In this document: positions 1 through 9,613 of the stretch, piece by piece | Numbering within the stretch: position 1 is the stretch's first letter | How the letters are laid out: each line of letters starts with the position of its first letter | Source of the DNA: an uncultured Arenibacter sp. | GTDB lineage: Bacteria; Bacteroidota; Bacteroidia; Flavobacteriales; Flavobacteriaceae | Direction: 5' to 3' | Assembly: GCA_965652575.1 (NCBI GenBank) | Contig: CBFGWQ010000001.1 | Location: 1-52,033 of the forward strand | DNA: 52,033 nt | Program-made: the position numbers and the translations under genes | The notes under the pieces: generated by a model | Database searches by the model: none | Told to the model about the DNA's origin: nothing | Seen by the model: only the letters and a program-made list of their open reading frames with translations

Positions 1-31
1 TCCTTATCTTAGAAGCTAAACTTGTAAGAAC

Positions 32-496
32 ATGCCCACCTACACCCTCAATATTAATGGCTCCCAAAAAGAGATCGAGACAGAGGCCGACACCCCAATA
101 CTTTATGTGTTAAGGGATTATCTGGAACTCAATGGCCCTAAATTTGGGTGTGGGCTTTCACAATGTGGGAGCTGTACCGTTTTGATCGATGGAAAGACTG
201 CCACGAGCTGCACGTGGCCAATATCCTCTATTGGGGAAGCCAAAATAACCACCTTGGAAGGTCTCGCGTCCAATAAAGGCAAGTTACACCCCGTGCAGCA
301 GGCATTTGTGGACGAACAGGCCGCCCAATGTGGTTATTGTCTAAATGGTATGGTGATGACCGCCGTCGGACTCTTAAATACCAACCCAAATCCTAGTGAA
401 AGGGAAATCAAAAATGCCCTAGAGGGCAACCTCTGTCGCTGTGGGGCCCATACCAGGATCATCCAAGCCATAAAGACCGCGGCCAAAAACTTTTAA
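32..496 (+). CDS. 2x[2Fe-2S] small subunit of a xanthine-oxidase-family molybdoenzyme (IorA/CoxS/NicA-like)
   Basis: Motifs GPKFGCGLSQCGSCTV, QCGYC and NLCRC; directly upstream of the large subunit. Confidence 0.93.
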   Translation: MPTYTLNINGSQKEIETEADTPILYVLRDYLELNGPKFGCGLSQCGSCTVLIDGKTATSCTWPISSIGEAKITTLEGLASNKGKLHPVQQAFVDEQAAQCGYCLNGMVMTAVGLLNTNPNPSEREIKNALEGNLCRCGAHTRIIQAIKTAAKNF

Positions 497-508
497 TATC
501 AATCTGCC

Positions 509-2731
509 ATGACCGCCATACCACTTCGAAACAGAAGAAAATTTCTTAAAGACTTAGGCTATATCAGCGTGGGATTTACCTTGTTGGGAGCCTGTACAAG
601 TGAGGCAGATCCCATAATGGCCAAACGCATAGCATATGACGGTGCACTTCCGGGAAGTATGGGAAGGACCAAAAACGTAAACGCCTGGCTGGAAATATTG
701 GAGGATGGGAGTATAAGGGTCCTATCCGGAAAAGTAGAGTTGGGACAGGGCATCCGCACCGCCATCCAACAGATGGCCGCAGAAGAACTGGATATGGATT
801 TAGAAATGGTGCAAGTACATCTGGCAGAGACCGGCCTTACCCCCAACGAAGGCTATACCGGTGCCAGTGCTTCCATTCAAAACAGTGCCATGTCCGTTCG
901 CTATGCTGCTGCTACCGCTAGGCAAGAATTATTGAGATTGGCGAGTACAAAACTAAATACACCTATTGACGACCTGCTCCTGTACAACGGCAAAATTAAA
1001 TCCAAAAAAAGCAAGGTATCCCTGACTTTTGCCGAGCTACTTGAAGGCACTCAAATAGAAAGGGAAGTAATTCTTCCGGTCCCCATTAAGGATTTCAGCG
1101 AACATCGTTATGTAGGAAAAGCGATTCCAAGAATGGATATATTGGACATGGTCAACGGAAAAGCCGTATATATACAAGACCTGCGTTTCCCCGATATGGT
1201 CCATGCCAGAGCCATAAGACCTCCGGGATATTCTTCGCAATTGGTTTCCCTAGATGAAAGCGGTTTAAGGAAAGAAGTTTCAGGGGTTATTAAAACGGTA
1301 ATAAAAGGCAGTTTTGTAGGGGTCATTACCGAAAGGGAATACCAAGCCATAAAGGCCGAGCAATATCTAAAGAACCACTCGGCATGGACGGCCACCGCAA
1401 CTTTCCCCGAATCGGAAAACCTCTACGCACATATCAAAGCGATTGCCACAGGCCCGGAAACAGTGAAAAATGAAGGTGATGTAACGGCAGCATTCAAAGG
1501 TGCCGAAACCCTTTTGGCAACATATACCAAACCCTACATTAAACACGCTTCTCTGGGCCCGGCATGCGGAATTGCCTTGTTTGACGGAGAAATATTACAC
1601 CTCTGGTCCCACAGTCAAGGGATATATCCCCTAAGGGAAGCCTTGGCAACAATGTTGACCATAGACCCAAAAAAAATACATATCATTGGGGTTCCGGGTG
1701 CAGGTTGTTTTGGTCATAGTACCGCTGATGATGCTGCCACGGACGCCGCTATTTTGGCTTTGGAATATCCTGGAAAGCACGTCCGTGTACAATGGTCCAG
1801 ACATGATGAACACTCCTGGGATCCCTATGGTCCGGCCATGATTACCACCTTGGAAGCCAGTCTGGATAAAGACAATAAAATAAACGCTTGGAAGACCGAG
1901 GTATGGACGGACTCCCACAGTACCCGTCCCAACAAAGATGCCGGGACGGTATTGACGGCCAGGTATTTGGACCCTCCCCACCAGATGAAGTCGAGAGGGT
2001 ATTTGGGCGGTGGACATAGAAATGGCGATCCGTATTACAATATTCCCAACGTAACCGTGAATGCACATTACTATGACGGTCCTTTCCGTACATCCTCTTT
2101 GCGCAGCCTAGGGTCATTTGCCAATATATTTGCCCTGGAGTCCTTTATGGACGCTCTGGCCGAAAAGGCAGGCCAAGACCCCATGGAATTTCGACTAAAC
2201 CATTTGGAGGATGAAAGGGCCATAGCGGTTATCCAAAAAGTAAAAGTCCTTACCGGTTCCCAAGATACATTGGATAGTGAAGGTATCGGGTATGCCTTTA
2301 TGAGGTATAAGAATACGGACGCCTATATTGCTGTGGCCGCCAAAGTGGCCGTGAACAAGGACCAGGGCAATATCCGGCCCATTAAAATGTGGGCGGCGGT
2401 AGATGTAGGGGAAGTAATCAATACGGATGGACTCACCAACCAAATTGAAGGTGGGATGATCCAGGCGGCCAGTTGGACCCTAAAAGAGCAGGTGACTTTC
2501 AATACCAATAAAATAACGAGTACAGACTGGGCCAACTATCCAATTTTAGGTTTTTCAGAAATACCCGAAGTAGAAGTGGCCATTATTAACCATCCAAACG
2601 AAGAAGCCAAAGGTGCGGGGGAGGTCCCGGTGCCACCAACGGCTGCAGCAATTGCAAATGCTGTCTACAGAGCATGCGGAAAGCGTATTTATGATCTGCC
2701 CATAACGCCGGAAAAGATTTTGAAGGCATAG
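509..2731 (+). CDS. Molybdopterin-binding large subunit (IorB/NicB-like) with Tat and lipoprotein signal
   Basis: GKVELGQG, QIEGG, KGAGE and AIANAV..A.G.R...LP motifs; N-terminal NRRKFLK followed by LLGAC. Confidence 0.9.
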   Translation: MTAIPLRNRRKFLKDLGYISVGFTLLGACTSEADPIMAKRIAYDGALPGSMGRTKNVNAWLEILEDGSIRVLSGKVELGQGIRTAIQQMAAEELDMDLEMVQVHLAETGLTPNEGYTGASASIQNSAMSVRYAAATARQELLRLASTKLNTPIDDLLLYNGKIKSKKSKVSLTFAELLEGTQIEREVILPVPIKDFSEHRYVGKAIPRMDILDMVNGKAVYIQDLRFPDMVHARAIRPPGYSSQLVSLDESGLRKEVSGVIKTVIKGSFVGVITEREYQAIKAEQYLKNHSAWTATATFPESENLYAHIKAIATGPETVKNEGDVTAAFKGAETLLATYTKPYIKHASLGPACGIALFDGEILHLWSHSQGIYPLREALATMLTIDPKKIHIIGVPGAGCFGHSTADDAATDAAILALEYPGKHVRVQWSRHDEHSWDPYGPAMITTLEASLDKDNKINAWKTEVWTDSHSTRPNKDAGTVLTARYLDPPHQMKSRGYLGGGHRNGDPYYNIPNVTVNAHYYDGPFRTSSLRSLGSFANIFALESFMDALAEKAGQDPMEFRLNHLEDERAIAVIQKVKVLTGSQDTLDSEGIGYAFMRYKNTDAYIAVAAKVAVNKDQGNIRPIKMWAAVDVGEVINTDGLTNQIEGGMIQAASWTLKEQVTFNTNKITSTDWANYPILGFSEIPEVEVAIINHPNEEAKGAGEVPVPPTAAAIANAVYRACGKRIYDLPITPEKILKA

Positions 2732-2771
2732 TCTAAGATGCTACATAGGCATACGAATTATAGTACATCAG

Positions 2772-2922
2772 GTCATTTTGACCGGGAGGGAGAAATCACA
2801 CAGGTAGCGCAACCAAAACATAAATTGCGTACATAAACCCCGTCCAAAAGTATATAGCCTTCACCAAAACCTTGCTTGTGAGACTTCTCGTCGTCCCAAA
2901 AAAGGGACTCTGTCGAAGTGAC
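2772..2922. repeat. REP-like long imperfect inverted repeat between convergent genes
   Basis: GTCATTTTGAC (2772) pairs with GTCGAAGTGAC (2912-2922); GAGAAATCACACA (2790) pairs with TGTGAGACTTCTC (2877-2889); internal GTCCC-A6-GGGAC hairpin. Confidence 0.7.
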
Positions 2923-2975
2923 GCTTTCAACCAATTAGCTACCTCCTTCCGACTTCTCCCAAACAGGGAAAAGAG

Positions 2976-5444
2976 CTATTTCTTGAAATCCGGATCCATG
3001 TCCGGAGTGCGCAGCCCGGCAACCTCATTGGCCATGAGTATAAATACATTCCAACATAAGCCTCTCGTAGATGGCCACCAAGAGTTGCTTGTGGTCCATT
3101 TTGTTGGAATAAATTCCTTACTGTAAGGCCATTTCGGATTGAGGTTGATTTCTGCCCAGGCCCTGTTTTCCATCAATGCCCTTGCCTTATTCCATCCGTG
3201 CCTATATCCTACAACATAAGCACAATATTCAGGTCTCATCCAACTACCCCCGTTATAATAAAAGCCATCCCTAGCTCCGTCCTTATAATTAGCCTCACCA
3301 AACTCCCTGAATGGCTGATAATCTGAAGTTAAATAGAAATATCCTTTTTCACTGCCATCCAATCGAACACAGACAGGGGCAGTGGTACCATACTCCGGAT
3401 GAGGTGAATTTGAAACTTTATTCAGTATTGGTACTTGTTCCAAATGGTTGATGACCATCTCATCGGTTAACATAGGTTTATTAAATAACCATAAAGAAAA
3501 AAATTCCGGTTCCAGATCGGTCATAGTTATCACATCGGGAAAATCCTTATCGAACAATAAATGTTTTCTTTCTACATCATAAAAATCAAGATAGGCCGCT
3601 TCTGCTTTTGCGATATATGAATCCGGGATATCATATCCCAATTCCTTTATGGTTTTTAATGCAATGGCAAACATGCCTTGATTTACGGCCAGTTTATCGG
3701 TTTTAGGTTCATATTTATTAACATCGATTTGACTAAGTGTAAAATGCGACTTGCATATACCATCTCCGTCTTTATCAAATTCATTTATAACATAATCAAC
3801 CGCTTTGTCCAACTTCTCCTTAGGCAACTTAACATCAAAGCGTCTTTTATTTAACATTGCCCAAATTAAAAATTGAATGGTTGCTTCATTGTCCTTTGCC
3901 TCAATAGTTCCCATATAAGGGGTTATAATAGTTGCCACTGCTCCCTTGGAGTTCTGGGTTTTGGCCCATTGTTCCCAAATTTGCAAATTTAAATCTTCAT
4001 TATAACTGGCTACAATTGAGAAAAAGGAATCCCGATTATACATATCGGGTGCATAATTCATATTAGGAACATTTAAAGGGGCGAAATCATTAACAGAAGT
4101 TACCCATGTAAGCATATTAAAATTTGCGTACAACATTTTTTCGATCAAGGACCCCTCAAATCGTTTACCTTCAGCGAGACGTGATTGCGAAGAAATAACA
4201 AAGTCATGATGGTCTGTCCATGGTTCGGCAAATACATAGCTTGTTTTGGTAACTTTTTCACCCATTACCATTCTGTTGTAGGGCTGTTTTAACGGAACAT
4301 GTTCTACAATTTTCAGATCTTTGATTAGGCTGATACCTTCCTTTTCTGCCCGGGTGCCAATAAACATGGAAACACTATCATTTTCTATATAAGGAATTAA
4401 AATACTTCCTTTAAAAAGTGTCCATTCCTGTTCTTTTATGGGAAATTGGTCAATATATTTAATGCCGTGTTCCAATTCACTTGTTTTTTGACCATTTTTT
4501 ATTCTGTAAAATTTCAGGGCTATCGGGGAACTCCCTTTGGCGAGGAATGATAAACTATACACTTTTTGATCTTTAAATGGCGCTAAAATCTCCATTCCCG
4601 AACGCTCCGAAGTACTGGAATTAATTTCAATTGTTCCGGAAAAATCTTCCTTTTTAACGTTTCCAACATTTTGAAAAAAATCACTGTTCTTTAATGTCAC
4701 TACATTTCCCGCATCCAAATTGTACATTTCTCCAAATTTTTGTTGGATATAGTGATTTCCGGATGCTCTTTCTTCCAATGTGGCAACCGAAACCAATTCC
4801 GGGTCAGGTAATTTTCTCATCCCTACAAAGCCACCACCATGTCCGTTGAACCTACGACGTGTACTCCGGGTATAATGGTTTTTATAACCGGCGTCCATTA
4901 AAACCCCTACCAATTGACCGTCTGGAGTTACAAAACCGGCAGAAGGAAATATTTCGTGGGCAAAGCCTCCAGGGAAATTATCATGCTCAAAAGTAACATA
5001 CTTGGAAGGTGGTTCCGCAGGCCGAAAATTTTCCTCTAAAATATAATACAAAGATGGCATTCCCGACTGAAATAGATCAATACTCTTTTTTACCACATTT
5101 GAATTTATAATTTCATAAGTTACGCTAATGGACAAATTCAAATCAAAATCCTGTAGATAAGTTTCTTTTGATAGTTGTACATACGTTTCATTCCCTATCC
5201 ATTCCGAACCTTTCCAATCATTAATTTCCATTATTTCACTTAAATCCAAATTGGCTACCCTAAGCTTAAATTCTTCCTTATTATGAATCAGTAATTTCGA
5301 CCCATTATAAATATCTACATTGAAGCCTTGTTCCTTATTTCCAACGACCTTAAGATTAATACTTTGGCCCCAGCCAATAATTCCTATAAAAAAAAACGCC
5401 GGAATAAGAAGTCTGATTTTATTTTGCCTATATAATTTGGCCAT
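2976..5444 (-). CDS. Exported hypothetical protein; putative six-hairpin glycoside hydrolase with an internal CBM-like domain
   Basis: Signal peptide; MYNRDSFF and YYNGGSW resemble (alpha/alpha)6 GH motifs; last gene of the PUL. Confidence 0.55.
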   Translation of the reverse strand: MAKLYRQNKIRLLIPAFFFIGIIGWGQSINLKVVGNKEQGFNVDIYNGSKLLIHNKEEFKLRVANLDLSEIMEINDWKGSEWIGNETYVQLSKETYLQDFDLNLSISVTYEIINSNVVKKSIDLFQSGMPSLYYILEENFRPAEPPSKYVTFEHDNFPGGFAHEIFPSAGFVTPDGQLVGVLMDAGYKNHYTRSTRRRFNGHGGGFVGMRKLPDPELVSVATLEERASGNHYIQQKFGEMYNLDAGNVVTLKNSDFFQNVGNVKKEDFSGTIEINSSTSERSGMEILAPFKDQKVYSLSFLAKGSSPIALKFYRIKNGQKTSELEHGIKYIDQFPIKEQEWTLFKGSILIPYIENDSVSMFIGTRAEKEGISLIKDLKIVEHVPLKQPYNRMVMGEKVTKTSYVFAEPWTDHHDFVISSQSRLAEGKRFEGSLIEKMLYANFNMLTWVTSVNDFAPLNVPNMNYAPDMYNRDSFFSIVASYNEDLNLQIWEQWAKTQNSKGAVATIITPYMGTIEAKDNEATIQFLIWAMLNKRRFDVKLPKEKLDKAVDYVINEFDKDGDGICKSHFTLSQIDVNKYEPKTDKLAVNQGMFAIALKTIKELGYDIPDSYIAKAEAAYLDFYDVERKHLLFDKDFPDVITMTDLEPEFFSLWLFNKPMLTDEMVINHLEQVPILNKVSNSPHPEYGTTAPVCVRLDGSEKGYFYLTSDYQPFREFGEANYKDGARDGFYYNGGSWMRPEYCAYVVGYRHGWNKARALMENRAWAEINLNPKWPYSKEFIPTKWTTSNSWWPSTRGLCWNVFILMANEVAGLRTPDMDPDFKK

Positions 5445-5455
5445 TTTTGGATATA

Positions 5456-7219
5456 TTAGTTAGTTACATCATATTTATAATCGATAACCACTTCATCGGC
5501 ATATAATTTACCCCCTTCTTCCTTAATTTTTGCCGACGCCGGTATCAATACCAATAAACGCGAGGACTCCCCTGCTACATTAAAGGTAAAATCATATTTT
5601 GTCTTTTGGGAAATGAATTTACGTTCAATAGCATCATAAATTTTTAGATCCTTATCCCCTATAGAGATGAGGACTTCTTTTACTTCCTGATTAGGGTTAT
5701 AGTACAAGTAGCTTGGGTAGGCATCGGCACGATAAAAATCGGTAGCCAATAAATCCAACTGAAGTATATTTTCAATATTCGTTTTGGAAATAATAGCCCC
5801 GGCAATACCAACATGTCCACTACCATAAACACTGAACTGGGACACTTTTGGATTGTCCTTATTCCATTTCATACCATCTCCTATGGCCACTGGAGCTTCT
5901 ACATCCAAATACAGCCCTTCCTCTCCATAATGCGAGCTTTTTATCAGCCCTTCATAAGCTATAACCCCTTTGGTATGTTCTTTTTCTTCGGGGATCGTTT
6001 GATGATCATCCGGTATTTCATAAGGATAAAACAATCTGGAAGCATTGGCAGCATTTAGCATCCACTTCCCAATAGTATTGGCATACCGTTGATCATAACG
6101 TACCATAGGAACAAGCGGCCACATGGTGTCATAGGTGTTCATCAAAAAAGCAAAGCCCCCATTATGTGCGGTACTTCCCACTAGTCCGGAAACATCGTAC
6201 CCATTCCAATTATCAACAAGTACTCCCCAGCCTTCCCGGCATACCGACGATCCCTCAAAGGTCCAATCCAATATCTTTAAAAAGTCATAGTCCGTACCTT
6301 GCTCTGCATTCATTCTTGCCGCAACATATGCCCCAAATGGCATCAAGATTTCATAGAAATAGTTTTGCTTCTGATTTAAAAGTGTTTCCAATGATGATTT
6401 GGCCCCTTCCAAATATTTGGGATCATTAAATTTTTGGTAAGCCGAATAGAGCACAAAGGCATGACCCGCTGCCGCATCTTGTTGTGTACATATCCATGTC
6501 TTGCTTGGTTGCATGGTAGCATAATCAAAAAAGGAATAATCGTAGTTACCGTTCAATACAGAGTCCGCCGCATAAAACTTCTCTGCCACCGATCTAAGGA
6601 TAGCATCGTATTCGGTCTCTTCCGGATAAAGATCGGTAACCGCATAAAACATAAGATTGGGATAAACATCATACCACCAATCCCTGGCATAACCACCGCC
6701 CAACTGAGCCACTTCGGGCCCTGTATTGTTCATCATTATGTTCCAATTGGTTTCACTATTGTAATAGTTCTTTAGCATCCTTAGGTAGTTTTCCCCGTTT
6801 TGGTCGGACTTGTCAATGCCAACTAAACTTGCCCCAAGTACAGATCCAATACTTGCAAGCGATTCATGGAAAATACCATTATAATGTTCCTTTCCCTGTC
6901 TTACATCGCCCATGGCCGTATAGATTCCATAAGTTTCCTGGTCAAAATTTTTTCTGGAATTATCCTTCCAAATCAACGGCCAATATTCCCCTGTTTGATT
7001 TTCATCGTACACCTTTTTGTCATAATCCTTTGCCAAGCTGTTAAAATCCAAAATTTTAAACGGCTTTGGTAAATTGGGCATGGAATCTATCCTCCCTACG
7101 CTCATCTGGCCAATAGGATCGGCTACTTCGAATAAGTCCTCTTGGGTGGTCCTTTTACATGAATGCAGTCCCAGGACCAAGGTTAAAAATAGGATTATAT
7201 AAAGATTAAATAGTTTCAT
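5456..7219 (-). CDS. Hypothetical PUL lipoprotein, putative (alpha/alpha)6 glycan-acting enzyme
   Basis: Lipobox LHSC; helical-hairpin segment DAAAGHAFVLYSAYQKFNDPKYLEGAK; PUL context. Confidence 0.55.
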   Translation of the reverse strand: MKLFNLYIILFLTLVLGLHSCKRTTQEDLFEVADPIGQMSVGRIDSMPNLPKPFKILDFNSLAKDYDKKVYDENQTGEYWPLIWKDNSRKNFDQETYGIYTAMGDVRQGKEHYNGIFHESLASIGSVLGASLVGIDKSDQNGENYLRMLKNYYNSETNWNIMMNNTGPEVAQLGGGYARDWWYDVYPNLMFYAVTDLYPEETEYDAILRSVAEKFYAADSVLNGNYDYSFFDYATMQPSKTWICTQQDAAAGHAFVLYSAYQKFNDPKYLEGAKSSLETLLNQKQNYFYEILMPFGAYVAARMNAEQGTDYDFLKILDWTFEGSSVCREGWGVLVDNWNGYDVSGLVGSTAHNGGFAFLMNTYDTMWPLVPMVRYDQRYANTIGKWMLNAANASRLFYPYEIPDDHQTIPEEKEHTKGVIAYEGLIKSSHYGEEGLYLDVEAPVAIGDGMKWNKDNPKVSQFSVYGSGHVGIAGAIISKTNIENILQLDLLATDFYRADAYPSYLYYNPNQEVKEVLISIGDKDLKIYDAIERKFISQKTKYDFTFNVAGESSRLLVLIPASAKIKEEGGKLYADEVVIDYKYDVTN

Positions 7220-8447
7220 TTTCCAGTTTATTTTGTTGGTTCAACAATTGTTTTGCAATCACAATGGCCAGTAATTGCAGTGATCCAATAATCAATAGGG
7301 CATAGCGCAAGGCAATATCGGCATCCCCAAAAAAGGCGATTCCCAGGAATGTACCTGCCCCTATGAGCCTACCTACGTACAGTCCAAATTCATGGTTAAG
7401 AATATAGGCAAATTCGTTTCTATTTTCGTGTACTGAAAGTAAGTCGATCACTTTTAGCTGTATTGGAAAATAGGCAATATCCAAAATGGGCCTGGCAATC
7501 AATAACAGAAATATAAAAATAACCACTCCGGTAGAACTGAACAATACGGCATTGAACAGGGATGCCAAAAAGAAACAGATCAAACCGAAACTAAAAATAA
7601 CGAGTCGGTGTTTGGGCTTGGATAATTTTCCCAAGATCAGCATGATGACGGCGGCAATTATTGCCCCAATGGATTGTGCCGTGCCCAATGCCCCTTCCGA
7701 TGCGAAAAATTTCATCATTAGAATGGCTGGTGCCGTAACAATAAAACCTTGGGCCAATCCCTTTATCAAAGCCATTTGAAGCATTTTGTTCCAAAGTTTA
7801 TGAAACTTGAAATATAGGAATTTCTCGCTCTTTGGCTTTTCGTAAGTACCAAAATGAAAAATAATTGACGCCATTATGGTAAAAACAAAGACCATGGCGG
7901 TCACCGTCTTATATCCCGAATTCACTCCCTCATTGGTATTCCCATTTCCCTTCATAAGGTACCACCCTATTACTATAGGTACCAAAACTGCAGTGGTGGT
8001 ATAAAAGAAAGTGTCCAGGCCATAATAAAAATTTCTGGTTTTATCGGATGTGGTTGCAAGCACTAAATAATCCCTATTGGACCAATACAGCCCAAAGGAC
8101 ATCCCCATAATGAGCCCTGCGGAAACCAATCCTGCATAAGAAATATTTTCCAAGGACATCATAAAAATCATGGATACCCCACTAAGTAACATCCCCAAGG
8201 AAAATAGCTTTTTAACATTGATCCTATTGAGCAAATACCCATTAACAAAAAATGTTATTGGTATACCGGTATATATGGCCAATTGATATAACATTACCTT
8301 AGACGGATCGTTGGAATTGCGCATAATATAGGATGCGACAAAAATATCTATAACGGGCATAACAAAGGCATAGACCAGGTTGGTCATAATCAATATTTTG
8401 GCACTCCTTGAAAAATCCTTTATTCCAATTTTAGCAACGACTCCCAT
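7206..8447 (-). CDS. MFS transporter (start reassigned to ATG at 8447)
   Basis: About 12 hydrophobic segments; motif-A-like NGYLLNRINVKK and GKLSKPKHR; ATG at 8447 overlaps the GH130 stop (TAATG). Confidence 0.85.
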   Translation of the reverse strand: MGVVAKIGIKDFSRSAKILIMTNLVYAFVMPVIDIFVASYIMRNSNDPSKVMLYQLAIYTGIPITFFVNGYLLNRINVKKLFSLGMLLSGVSMIFMMSLENISYAGLVSAGLIMGMSFGLYWSNRDYLVLATTSDKTRNFYYGLDTFFYTTTAVLVPIVIGWYLMKGNGNTNEGVNSGYKTVTAMVFVFTIMASIIFHFGTYEKPKSEKFLYFKFHKLWNKMLQMALIKGLAQGFIVTAPAILMMKFFASEGALGTAQSIGAIIAAVIMLILGKLSKPKHRLVIFSFGLICFFLASLFNAVLFSSTGVVIFIFLLLIARPILDIAYFPIQLKVIDLLSVHENRNEFAYILNHEFGLYVGRLIGAGTFLGIAFFGDADIALRYALLIIGSLQLLAIVIAKQLLNQQNKLENETI

Positions 8448-9496
8448 TATTTTTTTAGTGATTTTAGTATTGATTCCACAGAAAGTTTTGCAAGGCACAC
8501 ATGTTCATCGGAAGCCCCGTAATACAAGTTGATTTCATCCCCATTGACAAAGTGGCCGTTGGTAAAGACCACATTGCCAAAAAAACCTGTTTTTTCATAA
8601 ACTGCCAAGGGTTCCATTATGGGTTCCTGTGATCTTGCAATTACAATGGAGGGATCGTTCAAATCCAACAACAAGGCCCCCAAACAATACCTATTTTGCT
8701 CTGTGGCTCCATGATAGATGGCCAACCAACCTTCCCGGGTTTTAATAGGGGAAGCTCCTGCCCCAAGTCTTTTGCTATCAAATCTTGAACTCCTGGTTTT
8801 GGATATACATTTGTGATTGCCCCAATGTACGCCATCCGGAGATTCCGCAATCCAAATATAATTTCCGCCCAATTCCGGACTGCTTGGTCTATGCAGGGCA
8901 TAGAACTTGTTATTGATCTTTTCTTCGAAAATGGCACAGTCCTTATTGTGCGGACTAAATATCATCCCTTTTTTTTCAAAGTCTTTCCAATTTTTGGTAG
9001 TTCTTAGCCCAACCCCAACCCCATTGGGCGAAACCATGGTATAGGTCAGGTAATAGGTGTCATCTATTTTTGAAACCCTACAGTCTTCAATACCGAAACT
9101 TTCGTATTCCCCTTCACCAAACAGTGCCGGATATTCTTGGGACTCCGAAAAATTAATTCCATCATCGCTAAAAAGTAATCTAAGGTGTGAAATAGTGGTC
9201 AGGTAGTCTACCCCATCATAATTAATGACCCTTGCATCAGAACTGTCCAATTTTGGGTCATCCAGCTTAAAGTCCAAAATCCCAACCTTTCCAAAATCGT
9301 TATAAAATGGTACGGATATTAAACCTTCTTTTTTAACCGTTCTTTCGGCAACACGCACCAACAGGCCAACTTTACCATTAAAATTAAACGTCCCGGGATT
9401 AAGCAAACATTCAATTAACATGTTTTTATTGCTTGGCTTTAAATCTTTGGGAGACAACAAAGGATTTTCACTATATCTATTTGCTATATCTGTCAT
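8447..9496 (-). CDS. GH130 beta-mannoside phosphorylase, similar to Lin0857 beta-1,2-mannobiose phosphorylase; cytoplasmic
   Basis: RYSENPLL, LLVRVAE, FGIEDCR, NKD, ALHRP, IYHGATE.NRY and YEK.GFFG.VVF match recalled Lin0857 motifs; no signal peptide. Confidence 0.88.
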   Translation of the reverse strand: MTDIANRYSENPLLSPKDLKPSNKNMLIECLLNPGTFNFNGKVGLLVRVAERTVKKEGLISVPFYNDFGKVGILDFKLDDPKLDSSDARVINYDGVDYLTTISHLRLLFSDDGINFSESQEYPALFGEGEYESFGIEDCRVSKIDDTYYLTYTMVSPNGVGVGLRTTKNWKDFEKKGMIFSPHNKDCAIFEEKINNKFYALHRPSSPELGGNYIWIAESPDGVHWGNHKCISKTRSSRFDSKRLGAGASPIKTREGWLAIYHGATEQNRYCLGALLLDLNDPSIVIARSQEPIMEPLAVYEKTGFFGNVVFTNGHFVNGDEINLYYGASDEHVCLAKLSVESILKSLKK

Positions 9497-9536
9497 TTTC
9501 CTTTCAATTTTGAGTTGGATGACGTTTTTAAAAGGA

Positions 9537-9560
9537 GAAGTAGTATTTAAATACTACTTC
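9537..9560. terminator. Perfect 24-nt palindrome between susD and GH130 (terminator or mRNA-stabilising stem)
   Basis: GAAGTAGTATTT/AAATACTACTTC. Confidence 0.55.
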
Positions 9561-9613
9561 CCAACTTAAAATAACCCAACAATCAACTCAATTAACAATG
9601 CTATCGAATTTAT

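Noticed and set aside
840-885. TGAS in the molybdoenzyme as an ApbE flavinylation site
   Set aside because: It falls in the conserved molybdopterin-contacting loop (TxGS-like) and lacks the upstream Asp.
2872-3126. 84-aa plus-strand ORF
   Set aside because: It spans a repeat element and the antisense end of the 822-aa gene.
8448-8498. Longer MFS start at 8498
   Set aside because: It overlaps GH130 by 52 nt; ATG 8447 gives a typical TAATG coupling.
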